Assembly: GCF_001194135.2 (NCBI RefSeq)
Contig: NC_068999.1
Location: 39,697,958 to 39,761,759, forward strand
Source: Octopus bimaculoides
Lineage: Eukaryota
Length of the DNA: 63,802 nt
Direction: 5' to 3'
Shown here: in pieces, positions 1-11,313 of the stretch
Layout: the number at the start of each line of letters is the position of its first letter
How positions within the stretch are numbered: position 1 is the stretch's first letter
The notes under the pieces: model-generated
What the model was told of the DNA's origin: nothing
Database searches by the model: none
The model's input: the letters and a program-made list of their open reading frames with translations, nothing else
Translations under genes and position numbers: made by a program

Positions 1-1598
1 TATATATATATATATGCATGCATGTATGTATATTTAATTACGTATACATGGACTTGCAGAGAGACAGAAGGCGAGAGAGAGAGAGAGGAAGGGAGGGGGA
101 GGGAGATGGTGTTGGGACCAGGCAGGAAGTAAATTCCACTATGCAGTGAAATTAATTCATGATAAGGCTTTTGAATTTCCCATTACGTTAAACAGCCTGG
201 AGCAGTATTGATGAAGTTTCAAGGTAGCAATATAAAAATTGCCGAAAATACAAACGAAATATAATATAAACAAAATTTAAAATAGACTTTTTCCATTATT
301 AAACGTCATTGTTAATTTGTGTGAGTCCATATTATACGCAGCCACTTTCTTATTTCTCTCATATGCATATATATACCGGATAGCGTATATACATTTGAAT
401 ACGCACATACATAGTGCATTGATATGCATATTTGCATTGACTTCCACATGTAGACCACCGATATAGAAATGAGGAGAATTATACGCATACACACTCAGGT
501 GGTACGTTACATTTATCAACACACACACACGCACATGAGCTGGCATACATATACAATCGTATACGCAAATATTTACACATATAAACAGGCATGATTCCAC
601 ACACATATATAAAGAGATACATACTTGTATGAACTTTACATATATGGCTAATTACTTGCACACGCGTAAACATACATAGCTAGATCTACATGTATGTATA
701 CTGAGGAAAATATACACTCTGGAACACACACGAATTCCTTTACATGCACACACACAAATATATTTACGCTTGAGCAAAAACAGAATATACACAGTTACAC
801 AAACAGAAACACAATTACATGTACAAACACGAATCGATTAAGTACACAGAGGACATTACACAAATATGCATACACGGGAAAACATTTTTAGGTGCGCACA
901 CATGCATATGCAGAGTAATTTCGTGTGAACACACATAAACGCGCATATTCACACTCGCCCATTTGTAGCCAAACACAAGCATTTTTACATGTATATAGCC
1001 ACACAGATACACATGCGCAGAGAAAACACAAACACCATTACACAACCAAGTAAAACGTTCGAATTTTCTATTTTCTTTTTAACTTCAAAGACTTTCATTA
1101 TTTTAAATGGATTCGTTTATATTTTTTTCACTGATAAAATATTAAAATATTATTCGTTCCGCTGTTTTGTTGTCGCTGTTGATGTTATATTGTCGTCATC
1201 GTTTTGCTGCTACTGTTCTAGTTGGTGTTTATTTAACGTCACAGTGATTTCTTTCAACACCATCAAGGACGGAATTTTTAGCTTGTCAAGCAGAGCATGC
1301 TTCTTCATGCAGCGCTGACTCTACATCTTCATCTTTTCGCAGATGTTGAAAGCGGTTTATGCAGTTCTATAGGTTATGATCAGTTTCAATTCTGCGACCT
1401 AATCAACCGTAAGACTCAAGATATTGGATTTGCGTTTCGGAACTGTTCAAATAAACCTCATACAACGTCAGAGAAATCCTTCCTTTAGAATCAGTTTCCA
1501 GTGCTAATTGGCCCTGGGGAACAAATTGCTGCTGGATTTTCAGAAACCAATATTATTGCAGTTCTCTCTTTCTTTCTCTCTCTTCTCGTGCTCCCCCT

Positions 1599-1603
1599 CT
1601 ATC

Positions 1604-1658
<55 letters not shown>

Positions 1659-1659
1659 C

Positions 1660-1722
<63 letters not shown>

Positions 1723-1995
1723 CTCTCTCTCTCCTCTCTTTCTAACTAGGTATCCCTCTATCTCTTTATCTAACTATATGGCTGTCTGCTTCTCTGTCTT
1801 TATAAATCTATCTACCTATATCTATACATTTGCTTATCTCAAAATAGATAGACGTATGTATAAAGGTATGTATAGATAGACAGGTAGATAGATATTTATA
1901 TATAAATTTATAGATAAATAGACTGATAGATATATAGATAGACAGGTAGATAGATATTTATATACAAATAGATAGATAAATAGACTGATAGATAT

Positions 1996-2032
<37 letters not shown>

Positions 2033-2165
2033 TAGACAGATGGACATACAGAGAGATTGATAGTTACATACATACATACATACATACATAGGTAGATAGA
2101 CAGACAGACAGACAATAGATAGATAGATAGATAGACAAATAGATAGATAGATAGATAGATAGATG
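1599..2165. repeat. (TCTA)n tract and oppositely oriented (TAGA/CAGA)n tract, with a 62-bp higher-order duplication
   Basis: TCTA units at 1599-1716 and TAGA-type units at about 1845-2165. GACAGGTAGATAGATATTTATATA occurs at 1879 and 1941. Confidence 0.95.
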
Positions 2166-2955
2166 GAAAAATAGAGCGATAGCGATACACACAGAGGTAT
2201 ACGTACATAAGTGCATACACTTATTAGTTTTGCCATTCGGGGTACAGCTCATTCTTGAAATGATGTTTGACATTGTGTACATGAAGAATAATTCGTTCCT
2301 AATTCTACCAAAATGTTTAGCATACTACAGGCTTCTGAGCAGTTCTGTTAATTAAAGCGACAAACTTGATGTAATAACAACTGTTACTTACTGAACGTAA
2401 AGTATATTAATAATAATGTAGAAATAAGATTGCATATCATTCACTTATATCTTATTTTCAATATGTATTCTCAAAATTTTCCTCCTATAGCACAACATGA
2501 AGAGATGAAAAAAAAACAAAAACAAAAAGAAAATAATATATATTTCATTGAAAGCATACTGGCGAGAGAGCATGTTTTCTATTCTTTCTTGTTTATTTAG
2601 ACATTTACATTTTCTGTTTTCTTTTTAGAGACAACAAATATTCTGCCATAATTTGAAAAAAAAATGTGAAACATAATTTCGTATCTGTCAGATGTAATAA
2701 AGACAACATTTGCACCAGCGATGGAAAGAACTGTTCTATATCCCCACAAAAACTATTCCATATCACGTTTAACACACACGGACATAAAGAGCAGTGTGGC
2801 AACACAACTAGCGCCTAAAATATCAATTGGATATCTTATCTATTTTAGCAGCAATTGTTTTGGTCAAAATTTATTGCAATCGTCATTCGGATTCAGCATC
2901 CGTTATTGAATATATCACGAATATATGCGCTCGCGTGTGTATGTGCTATTTTGCA

Positions 2956-2994
<39 letters not shown>

Positions 2995-3183
2995 GTGTCT
3001 GTGTTCGTGTTTCTAGTGTATGTGTGATTGCAAACATACATGTATTTATAGAGGAATAAAGGTGTTTGCAGTTTGTAGAATGGGTTATTCCGATAATGTC
3101 TATTTGAAGAGGAGATTTCAAGATTCGGATGTCAGCGGCACCAAGTATAGGCGACTTAATACTACAATATATATACACTATCT

Positions 3184-3315
<132 letters not shown>

Positions 3316-3439
3316 ATACAAACATGTATTCATATAAACACACATAATGTACATTCTGATATTGATCTCAAATTTCTGCACATGGCCAATAGCAAATTTG
3401 AGGAATGGGCTAAGTCTGTTACGCCGGCTCCATTATTCA

Positions 3440-3612
3440 GCTGTTGCTCATTCTATCGACGTCGAAAAACAACATTGACGTCGGCGGAATATGAACTCAG
3501 AACACGAAGACGGACGATATGCTTCGCGGAACTTAGTGGTTCGGCAAAAAACTTGTATATAATTGGTACCGGGCATTAACAATGTAACTACTATGGTCGA
3601 TATGTTCGACTA
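3440..3612. mobile_element. Family A fragment (minus, 3440-3522) joined to a family B internal fragment (plus, 3525-3612)
   Basis: CGGCGGAATATGAACTCAGAAC..AAGACGGACG followed directly by ACTTAGTGGTTCGGCAAAA...GGTCGATATGTTCGACTAA. Confidence 0.65.
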
Positions 3613-4769
3613 ACATTGTACCAGACGGACAGACAAAGACAGAGCGGGACAGAGAAACAACAATTTTCCAGAACTTTATATTTTCCATGAGTGTGTGTAT
3701 GTGTGTGTGCATTATACATAGAGATTGGTAGACAGATATGTTCGGTAATACTACATATATATATATATATANNNNNNNNNNNNNNNNNNNNNNNNNNNNN
3801 NNNNNNNNNNNNNNNNNNNNNNNNNNNNNNNNNNNNNNNNNNNNNNNNNNNNNNNNNNNNNNNNNNNNNNNNNNNNNNNNNNNNNNNNNNNNNNNNNNNN
3901 NNNNNNNNNNNNNNNNNNNNNNNNNNNNNNNNNNNNNNNNNNNNNNNNNNNNNNNNNNNNNNNNNNNNNNNNNNNNNNNNNNNNNNNNNNNNNNNNNNNN
4001 NNNNNNNNNNNNNNNNNNNNNNNNNNNNNNNNNNNNNNNNNNNNNNNNNNNNNNNNNNNNNNNNNNNNNNNNNNNNNNNNNNNNNNNNNNNNNNNNNNNN
4101 NNNNNNNNNNNNNNNNNNNNNNNNNNNNNNNNNNNNNNNNNNNNNNNNNNNNNNNNNNNNNNNNNNNNNNNNNNNNNNNNNNNNNNNNNNNNNNNNNNNN
4201 NNNNNNNNNNNNNNNNNNNNNNNNNNNNNNNNNNNNNNNNNNNNNNNNNNNNNNNNNNNNNNNNNNNNNNNNNNNNNNNNNNNNNNNNNNNNNNNNNNNN
4301 NNNNNNNNNNNNNNNNNNNNNNNNNNNNNNNNNNNNNNNNNNNNNNNNNNNNNNNNNNNNNNNNNNNNNNNNNNNNNNNNNNNNNNNNNNNNNNNNNNNN
4401 NNNNNNNNNNNNNNNNNNNNNNNNNNNNNNNNNNNNNNNNNNNNNNNNNNNNNNNNNNNNNNNNNNNNNNNNNNNNNNNNNNNNNNNNNNNNNNNNNNNN
4501 NNNNNNNNNNNNNNNNNNNNNNNNNNNNNNNNNNNNNNNNNNNNNNNNNNNNNNNNNNNNNNNNNNNNNNNNNNNNNNNNNNNNNNNNNNNNNNNTATAT
4601 ATATGTATATATATATATATATTGAATTGCCGGCAGTTGCAACTCAGTCCTATTTACCAGGGCTTCATGAATCGACACATATCGAATTGATAAGTACCAA
4701 TGCACCAATTAATCTGACTTAGCGGCGTAAAGTAAGTGATTGCGATTATATATGTATATAAATATATTA

Positions 4770-4830
4770 TCATCATCATCACCACCATCACCCTCATCAT
4801 CATCATCATCATCGTCATCGTCATCGTCAT

Positions 4831-4926
<96 letters not shown>
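4770..4926. repeat. (CAT)n-(TAA)n-(TTA)n compound microsatellite forming a 92-bp perfect palindrome at 4835-4926
   Basis: (TAA)15 is immediately followed by (TTA)15, centre at 4880/4881. Confidence 0.95.
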
Positions 4927-4927
<1 letters not shown>

Positions 4928-4932
4928 CATTG

Positions 4933-5147
4933 ACACGGCGAGCTGGCAGAATCGTTTGCACGTTGGACGAAATTCTTGACGGATATTTCGCCCGTCGCTA
5001 CTTTGTGACCTGAAATGTCGTCGAGGTCGACTTTGCCTTTTATCCTTTCGGGGTCGATTAAACTAGGTACAAGTAAAGCATTGGGTCGATGTAATCAACT
5101 ACTCCCGTCCCCAACACATCAGGCCTGTGCTTATATGAGAAAAGATT
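4933..5147 (+). mobile_element. SINE family A (tRNA-like head), near full length
   Basis: GGCGAGCTGGCAGAATCG head and GAGGTCGACTTTGCCTTT.ATCCTTTCGGGGTCGAT core, homologous to at least 8 other copies in the window. Confidence 0.85.
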
Positions 5148-5315
5148 GCTTTTTTTTTTTTTCTCCGTGTTTTTCTCCTTGTCTCCGTATTCTTTCTGTT
5201 GAAGAGCGTAGCTCGAAACGTCAAAGACTTTCCGTATTCCCGAGCGTCATACTAATATATACTTTTGTTATTTACACCACCTGTCCTCGTCTGTTGTTAT
5301 TTTTTGTATAATCTC

Positions 5316-5320
<5 letters not shown>
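5148..5320 (+). mobile_element. Short hammerhead-bearing interspersed repeat (Penelope-like/retrozyme-type terminus) abutting (TA)n
   Basis: Carries the 5191-5227 motif. Its 3' part (CTCGAAACGT.AAAGACTTTC...TTCCCGAGCGT.A.ACTAATA...CTGTC.TCGTCT) recurs reverse-complemented at 52174-52260. Ends in the (TA)n run at 5318. Confidence 0.65.
5191..5227 (+). ncRNA. Minimal type I hammerhead-like motif with variant core (CUGUUGA plus extra A)
   Basis: Helix I: TCTTT 5191-95 / AAAGA 5223-27. Core CTGTTGA 5196-5202 (U at position 6), extra A at 5203. Helix II: GAGC-GTA-GCTC 5204-14. GAAA 5215-18. Palindromic ACGT 5218-21. GUC triplet ending at 5222. Confidence 0.65.
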
Positions 5321-5386
<66 letters not shown>

Positions 5387-6151
5387 TGTATGTGGAGAAA
5401 GAGAGAAAACTGACAGACAGACATACAGACAGACAGACAGACGCACGAGAAACTTTAAATCTCCCGCTTTTCTGTCTTCTAATTTCACGCACATAGTTTT
5501 TGTTGCGCAGCAGAAAGCATGCAATGATTGCACTCTAATTTAATGATACTAACTCCAGCTTCTCCGTTACCTAACGATCCCAAAACCACATGCTTCGTTG
5601 CTCTTCTTTTTCCCCACAAAGCCATGCCTGCTCCGAATAGCTATACATTCATTTTTATTTGACCACTTAATGCTACGCCATCTGACACAAGCTACACTAC
5701 ATAATTCATATTTTCTATATAGCATCTGGTTTGTAAGAGAAGATGTTACGCCAAATTGTAGAATGAACATTTCTCGTCACATTATGGTTTATCAAACGAA
5801 TCATTGTTGATAACCAGAACCATTTTGTACTGTTAATACAACGGATATACTAATATACATCATAGAAAGATGAGAAGAATGGCCGATTTAATGAAATCCC
5901 ATCAGGTTTCTCATTCATTTCTTCTTTTCCTTTAGCTGTAAATAATATTTCGCTGACTTCACTCATCAAATTGCAGTCATTCATGAATAAGATTAACCAC
6001 ATTGATCTGACTCCTCTCGAGGGGGCCTGCCAATACCACCAGCATAGCTACTTTCTCCAGACCAAATTATTACGAATATGGAAATACGAAACTGAAACTT
6101 TCCCCATGAGTCTATATATTTCTCATATTATAGTGCATGTGCTGTTTAATT

Positions 6152-6191
6152 TTTATTATTATTGTTATTATTATTATTATTATTATTATTT

Positions 6192-6262
<71 letters not shown>

Positions 6263-6268
6263 GTTGTG

Positions 6269-6317
<49 letters not shown>

Positions 6318-6345
6318 GAATCATCATCATCGTCATCATCATCAA
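6152..6345. repeat. (TTA)n plus (CAT)n microsatellite
   Basis: Directly visible. Confidence 0.97.
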
Positions 6346-7209
6346 TTAAAGATGTCGATAAACGTAATACGGGTAGCATCTTACACTTGGCTTTTATTTT
6401 ACAAGTTTTTATCTATGTAGAGTTATTAATCGACCAATTAACCTCTGGCGACTATCGTCTTTTACATATTGCATAAAAATGCTTTTGTATTCTTGCACTA
6501 TACATGTCTGGGGCAATGTCCAAAGATCTTTATACACTAATAATACAGAGACATGGAATCATTTCATATCTGCATTGTAATGTGACAAACCATTCTTCAG
6601 TTTTCCACTCTCCATTGTTGGTGGTCGTGGTGGTGGTGGCAGTGTCGGTGATGCTGCTGTTATTTTCGTTGCCAACGTTGTCGTTGCTATTGCTACAAAT
6701 GTACATATTTCATAGCCCTAGTTGCCCCTGATAAACTAGATTTATAGCGCATAACAAATTGACTGAACGAGTAGACAGATAACAAGAATCTATCATTCAC
6801 AATATCCAGTTATTCAATTCTTTCATCTGGACATCTTAGAGGAATAATGCAAATTCAAGCTCTTCCAGTGCTAATCTAATTCGTTTATATATCAGAACAT
6901 TGTTTATCCAGCTTATGTCATGTCACATGCCTGTCCCACATTCTTAAAGACTGTTAGGTATGTTTTGAAGGAATTTTAGTTGCTATAACAGTGTTAGAAG
7001 CTATCACATTAAGTGCAATCTTCCACATTCTATTCGTGGTGCTAGCAGAAGTTAGAAAAGGGGATTCCGTTAAATTTCAATATTTGTTGCTTCCTTTACC
7101 CATTACGTTCCAGAGTCCTTAAATTCCTGGATATTACATTTACATTTTTACAGCTGATTGAAAATAGGTTAAAATGAAAAAAATATAATTAAAATTCCTT
7201 TAGGTCAAG

Positions 7210-7236
<27 letters not shown>

Positions 7237-7241
<5 letters not shown>

Positions 7242-7401
7242 AAATCACCTAAACAAGCAATGGCGGTGGGCAACTCGGCATACGATTCTGATGATTACGG
7301 TTCATTACAAATCAGGCTGATGAGGAATACACAAATGGTAAGAATTTGTTAAATCCGAAACTAGTTCCTGTTTAATAATGCTTGTTTAGGTGATTTTAAA
7401 T
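7237..7401. repeat. Perfect 23-bp inverted repeat enclosing the hammerhead
   Basis: ATTTAAAATCACCTAAACAAGCA at 7237-7259 and TGCTTGTTTAGGTGATTTTAAAT at 7379-7401 are exact reverse complements with a 119-bp spacer. The left arm begins in (TA)n. Confidence 0.95.
7309..7373 (+). ncRNA. Minimal type I hammerhead ribozyme motif, canonical core
   Basis: Helix I: CAGG 7313-7316 / CCTG 7367-7370, plus AAA 7309-11 / TTT 7371-73 across one bulge. Core CTGATGA 7317-7323. Helix II: GGA 7324-26 / TCC 7354-56, capped by ACAAAT 7331-36 / ATTTGT 7344-49. GAAA 7357-60. Palindromic helix III AACTAGTT 7359-66. Predicted GUU cleavage after 7366. Folded by eye. Confidence 0.8.
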
Positions 7402-8787
7402 GTCTTGCCCGCTCACGTTTATGGTACGCTGCTATATTTCATGTTGAGAACAATTTAGGTTTTAATAGACAAAANNNNNNNNNNNNNNNNNNNNNNNNNN
7501 NNNNNNNNNNNNNNNNNNNNNNNNNNNNNNNNNNNNNNNNNNNNNNNNNNNNNNNNNNNNNNNNNNNNNNNNNNNNNNNNNNNNNNNNNNNNNNNNNNNN
7601 NNNNNNNNNNNNNNNNNNNNNNNNNNNNNNNNNNNNNNNNNNNNNNNNNNNNNNNNNNNNNNNNNNNNNNNNNNNNNNNNNNNNNNNNNNNNNNNNNNNN
7701 NNNNNNNNNNNNNNNNNNNNNNNNNNNNNNNNNNNNNNNNNNNNNNNNNNNNNNNNNNNNNNNNNNNNNNNNNNNNNNNNNNNNNNNNNNTATATATATA
7801 TATATATATATTTGCAAATGTTTCAATCATATATCACTCGTCGGATGTAGATGCTTAATAATATTATTTCGTTTCCCATTAAAGTTCATATCCATTATGA
7901 TATAACTTTTACTTCCATTAACCGTATCACACACACAGAAGGGCCTCATGCGTTATCTTTCCAAAGACAGAAGTTTATCAACTTAAACTGAGCATTGCAC
8001 AATTTTATACGCTCACGAAAACACATTCTTTAGAAGCCCAGCCAGACTACTTAAATTCAAAGTTGTTATTCATCTGTCATCTTCTCAGTGAATCATTACG
8101 CAAGGAATATAGATATGTAATGTATTATGTGTTTATTATATAGGAAGATTGCTCTGAGCAATATATTTTCCTGACAGTTTCTTTGCAGTAATGTTCTGTA
8201 AATAGGATGTGACATGAAAATGCCGTTAGAAGCCACCGTCTACATACATTTCAAATGAGATTCTCAATACTATAGTTTTTATGCCAGGCATTGCACTGCC
8301 AAATTTACGCGACCACCGCAGAAAGTAAACAAGTATTATTCACATTTTCATAAACGCATATTCACACACAACACTGCATATGGTTTTACATATACATACA
8401 CTCATACATATGCTCATATTTAAATCATTCATGTACATATATACATACAGGAACACACAAGCGTCTTTCTCCTCCTTTTTCTATATACATATATGTATAT
8501 GTGTGTCTTTGTCCGTGTGTGTGTCTGTGTGCGTGCGTGGTTTGTAAGGATGTGTACATATATATACATCTGTAAGTCGGACTATTTTATATCCATGCGC
8601 ATGCATATTTTTTCTATTAATTATATTTAATATTCTGTGTAAATTGACTTTCCTGACTTGCTTATCCTTACATTTACTCAGTTACCCGCTCAAGTTCATA
8701 TCTCTCGAGCACTTCGAAGTGTATTCTATATAGATTACTAGATTACATCTTTCTCTAAACTATATACTATAAAGCATACATACATAC

Positions 8788-8823
<36 letters not shown>

Positions 8824-9424
8824 GTATGTATATGCATATATATGTATGTGTATATATATGTGAAGCATATTATTCAGAAGATACTGAGCCGATAATAATC
8901 TTCATTCAATGAAATTAAAATCTCATGAGTAAAAATTCATTAGTGTTAATGAAAATTTATTCTCGTAAGGATGACGTGGGAAGACTCTTGAAATTAAAAT
9001 CATTAAAAATCTAATTTAATGATAATGTGGCGTTGTGCATGAGAACCTGAACATCGATAATCATTGTAACAAAATAAATGGATATTAGTTTCAATAGGCA
9101 AATTCAGGGAAGCAGTGTTCTCTCCATGGCTAACTGGACATCAGAGCGAATAAGTCCAGTAGATTTTTTTTTTCTTTTTGTATGAAGAATATTCATTGAT
9201 TTAGCAAATTGAAATGATGGCTTTTGAAAATCTTTCTTAAGGCGATATGAAGCACGTCAACTAAATAAAAGACAAAATAACTGAGGAGTATGAGGCGGAA
9301 ATATTTTTCAATTAACATGTCGCTTGTAACGAAGAAAGTGAATGATATTATAGTTACGGAAAATTTATTCCTGCAAGGTGGCAGAATGAAACCAGTTCCT
9401 TGAATTTAAATTCGCTCGTTCCCA

Positions 9425-9473
<49 letters not shown>

Positions 9474-10624
9474 CACACAAAGTGGACTAATACTTTTTTC
9501 AATAAAATAAAGTACAGTTGGTACCGTTGATTGTCCATATTGGTTACTGTATTAGTTTAATATCGTCACTAAGTTTGGAGTCGTACAGACTGCGTTCCGT
9601 GTGAACATATTAATTCTAAGAAAGCTTATTCGAGACAACCATACCCAAATATTTACGTATGTAATGGTATTCTTGCACCAGACGTGTTCACTTATGTCAT
9701 AACACATACAAATTCACACATACATATCTGTCATTGTTCATTTCTATTCCAAGATTTCTTGCTTTCTTGCCAATAGAGAAAAGGTCGGTTTCTAGATATA
9801 TAATATATGCNNNNNNNNNNNNNNNNNNNNNNNNNNNNNNNNNNNNNNNNNNNNNNNNNNNNNNNNNNNNNNNNNNNNNNNNNNNNNNNNNNNNNNNNNN
9901 NNNNNNNNNNNNNNNNNNNNNNNNNNNNNNNNNNNNNNNNNNNNNNNNNNNNNNNNNNNNNNNNNNNNNNNNNNNNNNNNNNNNNNNNNNNNNNNNNNNN
10001 NNNNNNNNNNNNNNNNNNNNNNNNNNNNNNNNNNNNNNNNNNNNNNNNNNNNNNNNNNNNNNNNNNNNNNNNNNNNNNNNNNNNNNNNNNNNNNNNNNNN
10101 NNNNNNNNNNNNNNNNNNNNNNNNNNNNNNNNNNNNNNNNNNNNNNNNNNNNNNNNNNNNNNNNNNNNNNNNNNNNNNNNNNNNNNNNNNNNNNNNNNNN
10201 NNNNNNNNNNNNNNNNNNNNNNNNNNNNNNNNNNNNNNNNNNNNNNNNNNNNNNNNNNNNNNNNNNNNNNNNNNNNNNNNNNNNNNNNNNNNNNNNNNNN
10301 NNNNNNNNNNNNNNNNNNNNNNNNNNNNNNNNNNNNNNNNNNNNNNNNNNNNNNNNNNNNNNNNNNNNNNNNNNNNNNNNNNNNNNNNNNNNNNNNNNNN
10401 NNNNNNNNNNNNNNNNNNNNNNNNNNNNNNNNNNNNNNNNNNNNNNNNNNNNNNNNNNNNNNNNNNNNNNNNNNNNNNNNNNNNNNNNNNNNNNNNNNNN
10501 NNNNNNNNNNNNNNNNNNNNNNNNNNNNNNNNNNNNNNNNNNNNNNNNNNNNNNNNNNNNNNNNNNNNNNNNNNNNNNNNNNNNNNNNNNNNNNNNNNNN
10601 NNNNNNNNNNNNNNNNNNNNNNNN

Positions 10625-10659
<35 letters not shown>

Positions 10660-11164
10660 ATATCCTTATGGACAAACGAATACACTGCGACAGTGTAATA
10701 ACAATATAGTCGAAACAAACGACAGTAACCATACGGAACGTAACAACAATCTTTTAAGAACCAACAATCCGACAACCTAAATCGAACTGTAAACATTGAA
10801 CGCCATCTTTCAGCTATCAAGCCACGAACTGTGGGATTAACACGAAGTACCTCACTTACTCAGACCGCTACTATTTATATGAAGTGGTTCAGTCCGTTCT
10901 CGCCAGGGGGCGTCGTACTGTCGCACAGGGCTCCCCTTTTGAGATTTAGTGTCCCAAAGGAATAAAGAATTTTTATTTTATTTAGTTATTGCTTCATTTT
11001 AGTATCTGCTTTGCTTGGACATTATCGCAAGGCGTTCAGTCTGCTCCCTTTTTCTCACGCTGGTTCTATGTGACCCTATTACTTTTAGCACTGGTACGTC
11101 GGATATTTCACAGAATATTTCAATGGGAATTTTTTCCTGATGTTGAACATGCCCCTTCCTTAGT

Positions 11165-11313
11165 TAGTTTCCGTTTACCAAATCCACTCACAAGGCTTTG
11201 ATCCGCCCGAGGTTATAGTAGAAGAAACTCGCTCAAGGTGCTACGGAGTAAGACTGGAACTGGAACCATGTGGCTAGGAAGTAATCTACTTACCACAGAG
11301 ACACGCTGTCCCT
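11165..11313 (-). mobile_element. SINE family B 5' part with tRNA-like head
   Basis: AAATCCACTCACAAGGCTTTG.TC.GCCCGAGG.TATAGTAGAAGA is the reverse complement of 21974-22018. It continues into a head reading GTGGTAAG...CCACATGGTTCCAGTTCCAGTC on the minus strand. Confidence 0.8.

Noticed and set aside
1343-1545. Possible exon (acceptor at 1342; DVESGLCSSIGYDQFQFCDLIN) or a minus-strand decayed reading frame
   Set aside because: No recognisable domain, stops in the extended frames, and no linkable neighbouring exon.
2691-2909. Cys-rich or long frames after a plausible acceptor
   Set aside because: No donor or recognisable product; ORF length is within chance.
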